Assembly: GCA_001303955.1 (NCBI GenBank) | Contig: LJUP01000001.1 | Coordinates: 86,328-142,533, forward strand | Length of the DNA stretch: 56,206 nt | Direction: 5' to 3' | Origin: Bacteroides sp. SM23_62 | Lineage (GTDB): Bacteria > Bacteroidota > Bacteroidia > Bacteroidales > SM23-62 | Shown here: in pieces, positions 8,279-18,584 of the stretch | Numbering within the stretch: the first letter of the stretch is position 1 | Layout of the letters: the number at the start of each line of letters is the position of its first letter | Made by a program: the position numbers and the translations under genes | The notes under the pieces: model-generated | The model's input: the letters and a program-made list of their open reading frames with translations, nothing else | Database searches by the model: none | What the model was told of the DNA's origin: nothing

Positions 8279-10159
8279 TCACCGGCCCATATGAATCAGT
8301 AAAACGCTTATATCCGATGGAGACACGCCGCTAATCCGGCTTGCCTGCCCAATGGTCTGTGGTCTTATTCGGCTCAGCTTTTGTCTGGCCTCAGTTGATA
8401 TTGATGTTAAATTATCATAATCAATACCATCTTTTATTTTTATCTTTTCCAGTCGTTTAATCTTTTCTGCCAGCTTCCTCTCCCTTTCAATATAACCAGC
8501 ATACTTAATACTTATTTCGGCCGACTCAACAATTTCATCTTCTTCTTTAAGGCGTAAAATTTTTTCCATAAATTCCTTAAATCCAGGCACACAGTTCCAT
8601 AGGTACTTAATACGTATTTGAGGTCTCTCTATCAAATGAATACTTTTTGTTTTCTGCCTCAGCGCAGTTGTTCCCAATTCAATAAGTCTATCATTCACAT
8701 CTTCAGGTGCGACACTTTTTCCCTTCAGAAAAGATATCACCCTGTCTCTTTTATTTATTTTTTCCTCTAATACATTTACTCTTTCTCTTTTAGCAAGCCC
8801 AGCCTCATATGAAATTCTAGTTAACCTCTCATCTGCATCATCTTGTCGTAACAAAATCCTGAATTCAGCCCGCGAAGTAAACATCCGATAAGGTTCATCA
8901 ACCCCCTTTGTAACCAGGTCATCTATTAACACACCTATATAAGAATTGTCTCTCTCAAGTAAAAACTTATCTTCATCCTTTACCTTCTTGTGTGCATTTA
9001 TTCCGGCAATGAGGCCCTGGGCTGCTGCTTCTTCATATCCGGTGGTGCCATTTATTTGCCCCGCGAAGAAAAGGCCTTCAATTTTTTTAGTTTCCAGGTT
9101 ATGAAAAAGCTGGGTAGGAGGATAGTAATCATATTCAATAGCATATCCAGGCCGGAATATTTTAACTTTCTCCAGACCTTTAATTTTTCTAAGTGCTTCC
9201 AGCTGTATATCCCATGGCAGGGAACTTGAAAATCCATTTATGTAATATTCATTTGTTTTCAGTCCTTCAGGTTCTAGAAACAGCATGTGCTGCTCTTTCT
9301 CTGCAAAAGTGACAATTTTATCCTCTATGCTAGGACAATACCTTGGTCCAACACTTTCAATCGTGCCATTGAACAGGGGAGAATCAACAAAACCTTTTTC
9401 CAGCGTTTTATGTGCCTCCTTATTTGTGTATGTGATAAAACAGCTTTTATGAAATCTATAATCCACCTCGTATGGTAAAAAAGAAAATTTTTTCCCTTCA
9501 TTATCTCCCTTTTGTTCTGTCATCACAGAAAAGTCTATTGTTCTTCCATCCAGCCTGGCAGGTGTTCCTGTTTTCATTCTTCCAACTTCAAAGTCTAATT
9601 CTCTTAGCTGTTCACTTATGCCAGAAGATGGTGGTTCACCCGCTCTGCCCCCTTTTTGCTTATTGCGTCCTATATGCATCAAACCATTTATAAATGTGCC
9701 ATTTGTCAGTATGACAGTTTTGCTTTTAAATGTTATATCCATCCGGGTTTTAACACCGGTCACCTTGTTCCCTTTAATGATTAGCTCTGTGACCATGTCC
9801 TGCCAGAAATCAATTCCAGGTATTCTTTCCAGGGTTTCTCTCCACTCCATACTGAATTTCATTCTGTCACACTGGGCCCTCGGACTCCACATTGCGGGGC
9901 CCTTTGAACGATTTAACATCCTGAACTGAATCATTGAACGATCAGTAACTATTCCACTGTATCCGCCCAGGGCGTCAATTTCCCTCACTATCTGACCCTT
10001 CGCGATACCTCCCATGGCAGGATTGCAAGACATTTGAGCAATCTTGGTCATATCCATAGTTACCAGAAGAACACGCGATCCCAAATTCGCAGCAGCGGCA
10101 GCAGCTTCACTTCCCGCATGCCCAGCACCTACCACTATCACATCATATTTTTCTATCAT
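8279..10159 (-). CDS. mnmG: tRNA uridine-5-carboxymethylaminomethyl(34) synthesis enzyme MnmG (GidA)
   Basis: YDVIVVGAGHAG, MSCNPAMGG, KTGTP, GPRYCPSIEDK, GQINGTTGYEEAAAQG; start moved to ATG 10159 because a TAAATTTG -7 element lies at 10177-10184. Confidence 0.98.
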   Translation of the reverse strand: MIEKYDVIVVGAGHAGSEAAAAAANLGSRVLLVTMDMTKIAQMSCNPAMGGIAKGQIVREIDALGGYSGIVTDRSMIQFRMLNRSKGPAMWSPRAQCDRMKFSMEWRETLERIPGIDFWQDMVTELIIKGNKVTGVKTRMDITFKSKTVILTNGTFINGLMHIGRNKQKGGRAGEPPSSGISEQLRELDFEVGRMKTGTPARLDGRTIDFSVMTEQKGDNEGKKFSFLPYEVDYRFHKSCFITYTNKEAHKTLEKGFVDSPLFNGTIESVGPRYCPSIEDKIVTFAEKEQHMLFLEPEGLKTNEYYINGFSSSLPWDIQLEALRKIKGLEKVKIFRPGYAIEYDYYPPTQLFHNLETKKIEGLFFAGQINGTTGYEEAAAQGLIAGINAHKKVKDEDKFLLERDNSYIGVLIDDLVTKGVDEPYRMFTSRAEFRILLRQDDADERLTRISYEAGLAKRERVNVLEEKINKRDRVISFLKGKSVAPEDVNDRLIELGTTALRQKTKSIHLIERPQIRIKYLWNCVPGFKEFMEKILRLKEEDEIVESAEISIKYAGYIERERKLAEKIKRLEKIKIKDGIDYDNLTSISTEARQKLSRIRPQTIGQASRISGVSPSDISVLLIHMGR

Positions 10160-10222
10160 GCAAATAGAAATTTTTACAAATTTACACAAATGAAATTTTT
10201 AAAGACCGGTTGGTCCTTTTTT

Positions 10223-10645
10223 CTATATCTCCGGTGAGCTAATCAGGTAATGATTTTCCTTTTTTCTCATCGATGATTTCTTCCTTTCGTTTCCATCATC
10301 ATATCCTAAAAGGTGTAGGATTCCATGTACAATGACTCTTTTAAGCTCTTTCTTAAAAGTCACTTCAAACTCCTCTGCATTTTCCCTTACCCGTTGAACG
10401 CTTATGAACAAATCACCAGCAATCATCTGATTATCAGAATAATCAAAGGTAAGTATATCAGTCAGATAATCTCTATAAAGGTATTTTTTATTAAGCTCCA
10501 AGAGATTACTGTCTGAAGTAAAAATGATATTGATCTGTCCAGGGCAGCCATGCTCCTGCAATATCAGATCCCGAAGCCATTTTTTTAGGAGATTTTTATT
10601 TTTTATTCCGGTAGATGCCTCTCTTTCATGAAAATGTATAGCCAA
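10223..10645 (-). CDS. ybeY: rRNA maturation RNase YbeY
   Basis: LNKKYL..D..TDILTF and HGILHLLGYDD metal motif. Confidence 0.95.
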   Translation of the reverse strand: MAIHFHEREASTGIKNKNLLKKWLRDLILQEHGCPGQINIIFTSDSNLLELNKKYLYRDYLTDILTFDYSDNQMIAGDLFISVQRVRENAEEFEVTFKKELKRVIVHGILHLLGYDDGNERKKSSMRKKENHYLISSPEI

Positions 10646-10648
10646 CTT

Positions 10649-11065
10649 CTACAAATTAAATGTCAAACTTACTTTACTACCGTTTTCCATGAAGTTTATA
10701 CCGTCGGAAAGTTTTTCCATCAGGAATACACCCCTTCCGTTAACCTTCTCAACATTCCCAGGTGCAGTAGGGTCCGGAATATCCTTATAGTTGAAACCTT
10801 TTCCCTGGTCTGTTACTACAAGTTCCAGCTTGTTTTCATCCCACCTAAACTCGATATTTACATCTTTGTTTTCATCCAGTTTGTTGCCATGTAGAATGGC
10901 ATTATTTGCCGCCTCCAATGTTGCGATCATTACATTACCATACACTTCAGAACTCATGCTGCAGGCAATTGAAATTTCATCTACCATTTTTTCAACTTCC
11001 CTTAGGCTTTCAATTCTGGATGTAATATTTAGCACTCTCTCCATACCAGGATAATTCATTATCAT
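10649..11065 (-). CDS. RsbW/SpoIIAB-like anti-sigma Ser/Thr kinase (HATPase_c_2); start may be 11044
   Basis: EAANNAILHGN (N box), DQGKGF (G1), GRGVFLM (G2), no transmembrane or H-box region. Confidence 0.85.
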   Translation of the reverse strand: MIMNYPGMERVLNITSRIESLREVEKMVDEISIACSMSSEVYGNVMIATLEAANNAILHGNKLDENKDVNIEFRWDENKLELVVTDQGKGFNYKDIPDPTAPGNVEKVNGRGVFLMEKLSDGINFMENGSKVSLTFNL

Positions 11066-11138
11066 GCTTTTTATACTGCAGAAAGGATGCTAGGGTTACC
11101 TTTTTCCTTTGCTAAAATATAATATTTTTTTGAAACTA

Positions 11139-12353
11139 TTATTTACTACTTAACCAATCTTCAGGGTTCTGTTTATTTAATTCCTTCCATATCTCTATAT
11201 GGAGCAATGTTGAGTTTGTTTCTTCTTCCGTAAATACTGTTCCAAGTACCTGTTTTACCTTTACCATATCTCCAGGTTTCACCCTTACATTAATCAGGTT
11301 TTGATATACGGTAAGAAAATTTCCATGTCTAATAATTACTGTATAATTTGCACCCAGTATGGCAACTACTTTGCTTACCACCCCTTCAAACAATGCTCTT
11401 GCTTCAGCCCCCTGAACCGTACTTATGTCTATGCCATCATTTTGTACAGTGACTTGTTTTAGTACAGCATGCTGCTGCCTTCCAAAACGGCTAGTGACAA
11501 CTCCTCTTTCTGTTGGCCATGGTAATTTTCCCTTATTTCCCAGGAAATTATCTGATATCAATTTTTCTTCCGGGGTTAGCTGATCGTATAGATTTCTTGA
11601 CCGCCCTTTTCTAGCTTCTGCAGCAATTATGTCAGCAATTTCTCTTTCAAGTCTTCTGGCAATTTTCTGGTTCTCCGCAATCTTTTTTTTAAGTTCCTTT
11701 TCCTGTCCGCTTAATTCAAGGACCATCTGGTCTTTGGCCCTCCGCTCCTGTTCAAGGGCCCTGTTTTCATCAATTTTCTGCCTGGCTATTTCTTCCTTTT
11801 GTATAACTATTTCTTCCAGTTCCTTTATTTCCAGCTTTAATTCCTCTCGCATGGTCTGGATCAGCAACGCCTGTTCTTTCCTGTGCCTTGTATATTGCTG
11901 AATATATTTCATTCGTTTGTATGCCATATTGAAATTATCCGCAGAAAGTATAAACATCAACCGATCATATTTGTTCTTGTTCCAGAAAGCAAACTTTATC
12001 AGCATCTCATATTGCTTTTTGACAATATCGACATCATTTTCCAGTTCTACGATCAGCTTCCTTTTATTGATGATTTCTTCATTGTACAAAGAGATTTCCT
12101 GATTTATCGAACTTAACAGTTGATTTCTCAATTGTATCCTCTTATTTAGTATTTTAACCCTGTTCAAGCTTGTTTGTTTTTTTTGTCTTGTTTCCTCTAA
12201 TAACCTGTTTGTGTAATCGATCTCTTCCTTGGTCTTTCCCTTTTGTTTTTCCAGTTCTTCTTTTGTCTGGGCATGGGTATATTGTATATAAACTGTCAAG
12301 AATAGGATCACAACAGTAATTATGCAGGATCTTTTATGAGATCTCGTTATCAT
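11139..12353 (-). CDS. envC: Murein hydrolase activator EnvC-family protein (coiled coil + degenerate M23)
   Basis: Signal peptide, long coiled coil, KGKLPWP, NDGIDI (lacks the HxxxD His), LHIEIWK. Confidence 0.85.
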   Translation of the reverse strand: MITRSHKRSCIITVVILFLTVYIQYTHAQTKEELEKQKGKTKEEIDYTNRLLEETRQKKQTSLNRVKILNKRIQLRNQLLSSINQEISLYNEEIINKRKLIVELENDVDIVKKQYEMLIKFAFWNKNKYDRLMFILSADNFNMAYKRMKYIQQYTRHRKEQALLIQTMREELKLEIKELEEIVIQKEEIARQKIDENRALEQERRAKDQMVLELSGQEKELKKKIAENQKIARRLEREIADIIAAEARKGRSRNLYDQLTPEEKLISDNFLGNKGKLPWPTERGVVTSRFGRQQHAVLKQVTVQNDGIDISTVQGAEARALFEGVVSKVVAILGANYTVIIRHGNFLTVYQNLINVRVKPGDMVKVKQVLGTVFTEEETNSTLLHIEIWKELNKQNPEDWLSSK

Positions 12354-12358
12354 TTTAA

Positions 12359-13171
12359 TTACATATGAATCCTTGAATAATTCGCTGGAATTTCAAATTT
12401 AACATTGATCGGATCATCAAATACTACCAGGCTATATTTAATTTCTAGTTTGATTGAATTATTCCCATCCTGAATATTGATAGAAATCCTTTTTGGAAAA
12501 GGTTCTATCTCTGATACATTAAAATCAGCATACCCTATGTCCATTTGCACATTTCGCTGATAATCATCAATATATACATCATTTATTTGCTGATAGACGC
12601 TGTCCGCAGCTATTTGCTGATTTGTCATTCTTTTACCACCCTTTATTGACTCAATTTTATACATGATCCTCCCATTTTCTGTTTTTATCTCTTTCGCATA
12701 TCTTCTATCCGCATATCCGTCCTTGTAAAAAAACGCCTCATTTATCAATACAGCCTGTAAATCATTAAATCTGGCAGGAAGATTATATTTTTCAAGATAA
12801 TAATCCAGCGATGAGGCATGATATGTTTTTTCCGTACGGTTTATCACAATAATGCTGTCCTCTGTACACATTATTCTTAAGGCCTCATAGCCAATCATCG
12901 GAATGACAGAGATGGCGATCAGACTGTCCCTTGATACAGCCATATTTCCCTTGAAATTATCTGAAAGCCCATTGACCACAAATTCAACGTTCATTCTTTT
13001 TACTTTTAACGTTTTAAAAGCATGCCCAGTAGCAAATACAGACACCGTTTCGGAACGTTCTGTGAGCATGGTTTCCTGCCTTGTTAAATCAACTACATTT
13101 TTTTGAGATCGGCATGATATTAGCAGAATTATGACCATTGTGCCAAATATATATATTGGCAATTTTCTCAT
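12359..13171 (-). CDS. DUF4292-like lipoprotein
   Basis: Lipobox LISC; SRDSLIAISV...EALRIMCTEDSIIVINR; typical position between the TPR gene and envC. Confidence 0.75.
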   Translation of the reverse strand: MRKLPIYIFGTMVIILLISCRSQKNVVDLTRQETMLTERSETVSVFATGHAFKTLKVKRMNVEFVVNGLSDNFKGNMAVSRDSLIAISVIPMIGYEALRIMCTEDSIIVINRTEKTYHASSLDYYLEKYNLPARFNDLQAVLINEAFFYKDGYADRRYAKEIKTENGRIMYKIESIKGGKRMTNQQIAADSVYQQINDVYIDDYQRNVQMDIGYADFNVSEIEPFPKRISINIQDGNNSIKLEIKYSLVVFDDPINVKFEIPANYSRIHM

Positions 13172-13172
13172 C

Positions 13173-14897
13173 CTATCTTAATTGTTTAATTTTTTCTTTT
13201 AATTCTGCAGATTCATTTCCTGCTTCCACCGCTTTCTTCCAGTACTTTACAGCTTCTTCTTCTCTTTCCATGGCATACAGTATATCACCGTAGTGTTCAA
13301 GAATTTCAGGATCACCTCCTCCGCCAGATTGAACTGCCTTTTCAATATATTCCAGTGCTTTTTGATTATTTCCAGATTTATACATGATCCATGCATAAGT
13401 GTCCAGGTACGTAGGATTATCAGGTTCTGCCAGTATGGTAACCCTACTCATTTTTTCAGCTTTATCAAGCTTTACTTCTCTCAGAGAAAGGTAATAGCCA
13501 TAATTATTCAGTATCATAATATTCTCTGGTTCAATCTGTAATGCTTTCTCGAAATATTCATCTGATCTTTCATGTTTTTCCAAATTTTGCCATGCTTCTG
13601 CCAGCATCGAATAAAATTGCACGGTCAGGGGCAAGTTGTTATCAGCAAATTCCAGCCCTTTTTCCAATGATTTAACCGCTTCTTCATTATTCCCCATCTG
13701 CATGGCAGCATTTCCCTTAAATAAAAATAATAAAGGTTTATCATTGAAATAATTAAGTGCTTCACTGGCCCTTCTATACACTCCTTCATTATTTTCCAGC
13801 ATGTTCTCTATAAATATTGCCTGTTCCCAGATAAAATAATTCCCCTTCTGTTCTTTAAGCACCTCATCATATTCCGCCAGCGCTTCCTCATATCTTTCAA
13901 GCTTAGAGAAATAATCTGCCTTGGCTGTGCGCACCCTGTAATCAGCCGGATATTGGATTTCGAGGATAGTCAGCAGTGAATCAATCCTTGTTTTATTCTC
14001 ATCAAATTTTTCCTGGTTCGTTAAAAAATCTATCATTACTCCCATTTTCTGGTCTATCTGCAGTGATTGATTTCTAAAAGCAAGAGCCAGGTATTCATAT
14101 TGCTTTTCTGGATTGTTTTCAAGCCGGTAAAATTCAGCCATGGACAGCTGTGCAACTCCATTATTTGGTTCTATTTCGAATATTTCCTTATATGTTTTTT
14201 TAGCTTCCTCTTTCCGTTCAAGAGTCGTGTACAGTTCTGCCAGAACACCAAGGTATCTGACCTCCCCCGGGGCCAGTTCAATCAGTGCTAGCAGTTCGGC
14301 AATGGCCTGTTCCGACTTGCCCATTTTTAAATATATTTGTTCCTTTAATAGAGATACGGGTTCTGAAATACCGTTTTCTTTCTCAATTTCATTAAGCGTC
14401 TTTAATGCCTTGTTTTCCTTACCTGTTTCTGAATAAAGGCGGCTCAGTTCAAATTTTACTTCAATTTTCTCAGGCCATTTTTCCAATATATCCTCATAAA
14501 TAAAAATCGCACTATCAGCTTCATGCTTAATCATGTGTAGTTGGGTGAGCTGCACTTTATACCAGTAATTTTCAGGAGCAAGCGTTACAGCCCTTCGGGT
14601 AAGTTTTTTAGCAGTATCAAAATCCTGGGCCATCATATAGATGCCTGCAAGCTGAAAAGCAGCAGCATCACTGTTCGGATTCACGTCGAGACATTTCTTA
14701 TACAGGGCAGCAGCCTGTTTGAAATTGCCAAACAGTTTTTGTTTTGTGGCTTCCGTTAATGCATAATTATATTCCCTCAACTCACTCTCATTCAAAGTCC
14801 GGCTGATACTTTCTTCAGTCATTTTCTTCGAAGAACTGCATGCCATATGCATAAGTATGGCAGTAATAATCATTAAATGTGCATATATTCTTCCCAC
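13173..14897 (-). CDS. Tetratricopeptide-repeat lipoprotein
   Basis: Lipobox-like HMAC; many TPRs; C-terminal LNNYGYYL...YLDTYAWIMYK...EHYGDIL. Confidence 0.88.
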   Translation of the reverse strand: MGRIYAHLMIITAILMHMACSSSKKMTEESISRTLNESELREYNYALTEATKQKLFGNFKQAAALYKKCLDVNPNSDAAAFQLAGIYMMAQDFDTAKKLTRRAVTLAPENYWYKVQLTQLHMIKHEADSAIFIYEDILEKWPEKIEVKFELSRLYSETGKENKALKTLNEIEKENGISEPVSLLKEQIYLKMGKSEQAIAELLALIELAPGEVRYLGVLAELYTTLERKEEAKKTYKEIFEIEPNNGVAQLSMAEFYRLENNPEKQYEYLALAFRNQSLQIDQKMGVMIDFLTNQEKFDENKTRIDSLLTILEIQYPADYRVRTAKADYFSKLERYEEALAEYDEVLKEQKGNYFIWEQAIFIENMLENNEGVYRRASEALNYFNDKPLLFLFKGNAAMQMGNNEEAVKSLEKGLEFADNNLPLTVQFYSMLAEAWQNLEKHERSDEYFEKALQIEPENIMILNNYGYYLSLREVKLDKAEKMSRVTILAEPDNPTYLDTYAWIMYKSGNNQKALEYIEKAVQSGGGGDPEILEHYGDILYAMEREEEAVKYWKKAVEAGNESAELKEKIKQLR

Positions 14898-14958
14898 GTT
14901 TTCAATATTTAAAATAGATTCCCAATCATTTAAACAAACTACGTTCCCTTATAATATC

Positions 14959-15390
14959 TTATTGCCCTGTGTGGCCAAAACCACCTTTCCCCCTAACTGT
15001 TTCGTTTAGTATGTCTGTTTCAACCCATTCTATAGTTTCATGCCTGGTAATAATCATTTGACATATTCTTTCCCCGTCATTTATGATGAAATCTTCATTT
15101 GATAAGTTTATCAGAATAATACTTATTTCACCACGGTAATCTGAATCAATAGTACCTGGTGTATTCAGCACCGTAATTCCTTTATTAATAGCTAGTCCGC
15201 TTCGTGGACGTATTTGAGCCTCATACCCCCTGGGTAGCTCTATGAACAAACCCGTAGGTATAAGATCTCTTTCCCCAGGTTTCAATATCCGAGGTTTATC
15301 CAGATTCGCCTTCAGGTCCATGCCCGCAGAAAACACCGTTCTGTATGAAGGTAAATCATGTTTTGATTTATTTACGATCCTTATTTTCAT
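14959..15390 (-). CDS. dut: dUTP diphosphatase
   Basis: [37 protein letters not shown] (all five motifs). Confidence 0.98.
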   Translation of the reverse strand: MKIRIVNKSKHDLPSYRTVFSAGMDLKANLDKPRILKPGERDLIPTGLFIELPRGYEAQIRPRSGLAINKGITVLNTPGTIDSDYRGEISIILINLSNEDFIINDGERICQMIITRHETIEWVETDILNETVRGKGGFGHTGQ

Positions 15391-15404
15391 TCACTCATTT
15401 TTAT

Positions 15405-16883
15405 TTACTCAACAAAACTAAGCCTGGTTATATTATTTTTCTCAAAGAAAATGACAATGATAATAAATCCAGCTAACAATCCCGTATTAATCAATATCTC
15501 ACTCACCTTTGTTAATTCACTTGCCATCTTTGCCAGAAAATATATGATTGCCGCCATTGCCAGGTAAAGACCAATGCTTTTCAATGGATATTTAATGTGA
15601 TAGTATTTCCTCCCCAACCACCATGAAATGAGAACCATACACCCATAACATGCCGCATGGGCCCAGGCTGAAGCAATATATCCATAAACAGGGATAAAAA
15701 ACCAGTTTATCAAAAATGTGATCAATGCACCCATTATCGTTATCATTGCTCCATATTTTGTCAGGTTATTCAATTTATACCATATTGATAAATTGAAAAA
15801 TATCCCGAGTAACAGGTTGGCAAAAAGGATCACCGGGACGATATGGAGCCCTTCATGAAAATCCTTTCCGATAAAATATTTGAAAACATCAATATACAAG
15901 TTAACTACCAGAAATATGACCAATGATGCAATCACAAAATATTTCATTACCTGTGCGAAAATTATTTTTGCATTGGCTTTGTCTGCATTACCAAAATAAA
16001 ACGGTTCACTTGCATACCGGAACATCTGCACAAACAATGTCATTAATACCGCAATCTTATAATTTGCCCCATAGATGCCTAGCTGACCAAGGGAAGAATC
16101 AGGATCCGGCAGAAGGTGCTTCAGTAATACCCGGTCCAATGCTTCATTCACTGTACCTGCCAATCCGGATATCAGCAAGGGATATGAATATCCGATCATT
16201 TTGATCCAGAGCCTGGGATCAAAAGCTGGCTTCACACTGATAATGGTTCCCGATAACAGTACCAGTGCAAACAGGCTCGACACCATATTCGATATAAAAA
16301 CGTATCCTACGCCTATCTCCGGATCATATATCTTTAACAGCCAAAGTGTTGAACCACGCATCTCTAATGACGGGAGCAATAATAGAAAAAGAAAGTTCAG
16401 GCCTATGTTTAATACCACGCTAGTAATTTTTATAACGGCAAATTTTGTGGCCCGATTCTGCCATCTAAGCCGCGCAAACGGTATGGTTGTAAGGGCATCC
16501 ACGCCAACAATGATCCCAATCCACAAGATATACTCAGGATGTTCATTATATCCTAAAACCCGTGATAACGTTCCGGACATTATCCTGATCAGTGCAACAA
16601 ATAATAAAGAACTTACAAATATTGATATCATACTTGTAATGAAAACTTTATTTTCATTTTTACTGGTTTGGGCAAAACGGAAAAATCCCGTTTCCATGCC
16701 GTATGTCATTATGATCAACAGAAATACCACATAGGCATAGAGTTCTGTTATAATGCCATATTCTTCCAGGTCAAAAACCCTTGTAAAGAATGGTGTGAGC
16801 AGTAGGTAATTCAATAACCTTGGCACAACAGTGCCAAATCCATAAATGGCAGTTTGACCAAATAATTGCTTCAGAGGATTCAA
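15405..16883 (-). CDS. MOP-superfamily polysaccharide/lipid flippase (Wzx/MurJ-like)
   Basis: 492 aa with about 13-14 hydrophobic segments; QTAIYG...RLLNYLL...YGMETGFFRF; first gene of the dut operon. Confidence 0.82.
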   Translation of the reverse strand: MNPLKQLFGQTAIYGFGTVVPRLLNYLLLTPFFTRVFDLEEYGIITELYAYVVFLLIIMTYGMETGFFRFAQTSKNENKVFITSMISIFVSSLLFVALIRIMSGTLSRVLGYNEHPEYILWIGIIVGVDALTTIPFARLRWQNRATKFAVIKITSVVLNIGLNFLFLLLLPSLEMRGSTLWLLKIYDPEIGVGYVFISNMVSSLFALVLLSGTIISVKPAFDPRLWIKMIGYSYPLLISGLAGTVNEALDRVLLKHLLPDPDSSLGQLGIYGANYKIAVLMTLFVQMFRYASEPFYFGNADKANAKIIFAQVMKYFVIASLVIFLVVNLYIDVFKYFIGKDFHEGLHIVPVILFANLLLGIFFNLSIWYKLNNLTKYGAMITIMGALITFLINWFFIPVYGYIASAWAHAACYGCMVLISWWLGRKYYHIKYPLKSIGLYLAMAAIIYFLAKMASELTKVSEILINTGLLAGFIIIVIFFEKNNITRLSFVE

Positions 16884-16906
16884 TAAAGGCTATCAAATGG
16901 TTTGAT

Positions 16907-16914
16907 CAAAGATA
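16907..16914 (-). promoter_or_regulatory. -7 promoter element of the flippase-dut-TPR-DUF4292-envC operon
   Basis: TATCTTTG on the minus strand, 23 bp upstream of the flippase start. Confidence 0.65.
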
Positions 16915-16952
16915 GGATACCGCTTACTAGTATATACTTTCAGTGAGTTTTT

Positions 16953-17810
16953 TTAATTAACAATATCTTCCAGGGCCTCAGCAAGCCGGGGATATTCAAA
17001 ACGGAAACCTTCTCTGATCAACCTTTCCGGAACCACAGCCTGGCCTCCTGTCACAACGGCAGCTCCCTGACCATACAGCAGCCTGAACAATATTTTTGGA
17101 ATGATAAAATGAGCAGGCCTTTTGACAGTGTTGCCCAATAACTTTGTGAATTCCCGGTTGGTGCAATATCCAGGGGCAGTCAGGTTATAAATGCCGCTTT
17201 GTTTGTGTTCAAGAATATAGGCGATGGCCCTGGCAATATCCTTGATATGTATCCAGGAAAAATACTGCGACCCCCTGCCAATCCTGCCTCCCAGTCCTAT
17301 ACGGAAGAAAGGTAACAACCTTCCAAGCATTCCCCCGGAGGCTGTAAGTACTACGCCTGTCCTTATAATACATACCTTTGTTGACGTGGATTCAAGCTTA
17401 CGAACTTCTTTTTCCCATTTTCTTACCACCTCGGCCAAGAATCCAGTTCCCCATGCATCACTATCTTCCGTATGTACGTCTTTATCATTGTAAATCCCGA
17501 TGGCTGATGCGGATATATACAGTCGTTCCCGGTAAGAATATTTTTCCATTATACAGCCCAGTTTTCTGGTGGTCAGGATACGGCTGTCCATGATTTCCTT
17601 TTTGTTCCTTTTCGTCCATCTTCTTATAATTGGTGCACCCGAAAGATTTATAACAAAGTCAGTTTCCCTGTATTTTGCCGCAAAATCCTCATCCTTTATA
17701 AGATAATCATTCCGGCTGATTTTACGTATGTCATATCCTTTCAGGTATCCTGACAGATATGTCCCAATCAGTCCGGATGCTCCTGCCATAGCAACAGTTT
17801 TCTTTTTCAT
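16953..17810 (-). CDS. TIGR01777-family NAD-dependent epimerase-like oxidoreductase
   Basis: GASGLIG, VINLSGAPI.RRWT...SRILTT, GLGGRIGRGSQYFSWIH. Confidence 0.9.
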   Translation of the reverse strand: MKKKTVAMAGASGLIGTYLSGYLKGYDIRKISRNDYLIKDEDFAAKYRETDFVINLSGAPIIRRWTKRNKKEIMDSRILTTRKLGCIMEKYSYRERLYISASAIGIYNDKDVHTEDSDAWGTGFLAEVVRKWEKEVRKLESTSTKVCIIRTGVVLTASGGMLGRLLPFFRIGLGGRIGRGSQYFSWIHIKDIARAIAYILEHKQSGIYNLTAPGYCTNREFTKLLGNTVKRPAHFIIPKILFRLLYGQGAAVVTGGQAVVPERLIREGFRFEYPRLAEALEDIVN

Positions 17811-17822
17811 CCGGATGTTTAT

Positions 17823-17830
17823 TACTTTTG
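17823..17830 (+). promoter_or_regulatory. -7 promoter element upstream of the cyclophilin gene
   Basis: TACTTTTG matches TAnnTTTG in the divergent intergenic region. Confidence 0.55.
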
Positions 17831-17875
17831 TGCCTTCAATTTACATGAATTCAGCTATATGTAAACCATCATCGA

Positions 17876-18553
17876 ATGAAAATTAAATTTACCTCCTCAC
17901 TTCTCCTGACGACCATGCTGGTAATAACATCTATTCACAATTCCTTTTCTCAAACTGCCTCCCATACTCTTTTAATCGAGACCAGCAAGGGTAATATTAA
18001 ATGCATCCTTTATGAACAGACTCCCATGCATGCTGATAATTTTATCAAACTTGTCAATGACGGGTTTTATAACGGTGTACTCTTTCACCGCGTGATCAAA
18101 TATTTCATGATCCAGACCGGGGATCCTGATTCAAAAAACGTAAAAAAAGGAGCCAGTTCAGGGAGCGGTGGACCAGGATATACGGTTCCCGCTGAATTCC
18201 ATCCTGATCTTTACCATAAAAAAGGAGCCCTGGCAGCAGCTCGTCAGGGTGATCAGGTTAATCCAAACCGAGAATCCAATGGTTCACAGTTCTATTTTGT
18301 CCAGGGTAAGGTTTTCTCAGATGAACAACTTGACCAGATGGAGAGTTCCGGGTCCCACATCAGGTTCACCCATGAACAAAGAACGGTTTACAAGACTATT
18401 GGGGGCACGCCACATCTTGATTATGGATATACGGTTTTTGGTGAAGTGACCGACGGACTTGAGGTTATTGATGCCATTGCATCAGAACCCACAGACAATA
18501 TGGACAGGCCGCTTGAAAATATAAAAATTATTAAAATATCCGTATTGAAGTAA
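17876..18553 (+). CDS. Exported cyclophilin-type peptidyl-prolyl isomerase
   Basis: Signal peptide; FYNGVLFHRVIKYFMIQTGDP, SNGSQFY, PHLDYGYTVFGEV. Confidence 0.95.
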   Translation: MKIKFTSSLLLTTMLVITSIHNSFSQTASHTLLIETSKGNIKCILYEQTPMHADNFIKLVNDGFYNGVLFHRVIKYFMIQTGDPDSKNVKKGASSGSGGPGYTVPAEFHPDLYHKKGALAAARQGDQVNPNRESNGSQFYFVQGKVFSDEQLDQMESSGSHIRFTHEQRTVYKTIGGTPHLDYGYTVFGEVTDGLEVIDAIASEPTDNMDRPLENIKIIKISVLK

Positions 18554-18584
18554 ATTCCTTAATTTAGCCGTTTATCATTGAGCC

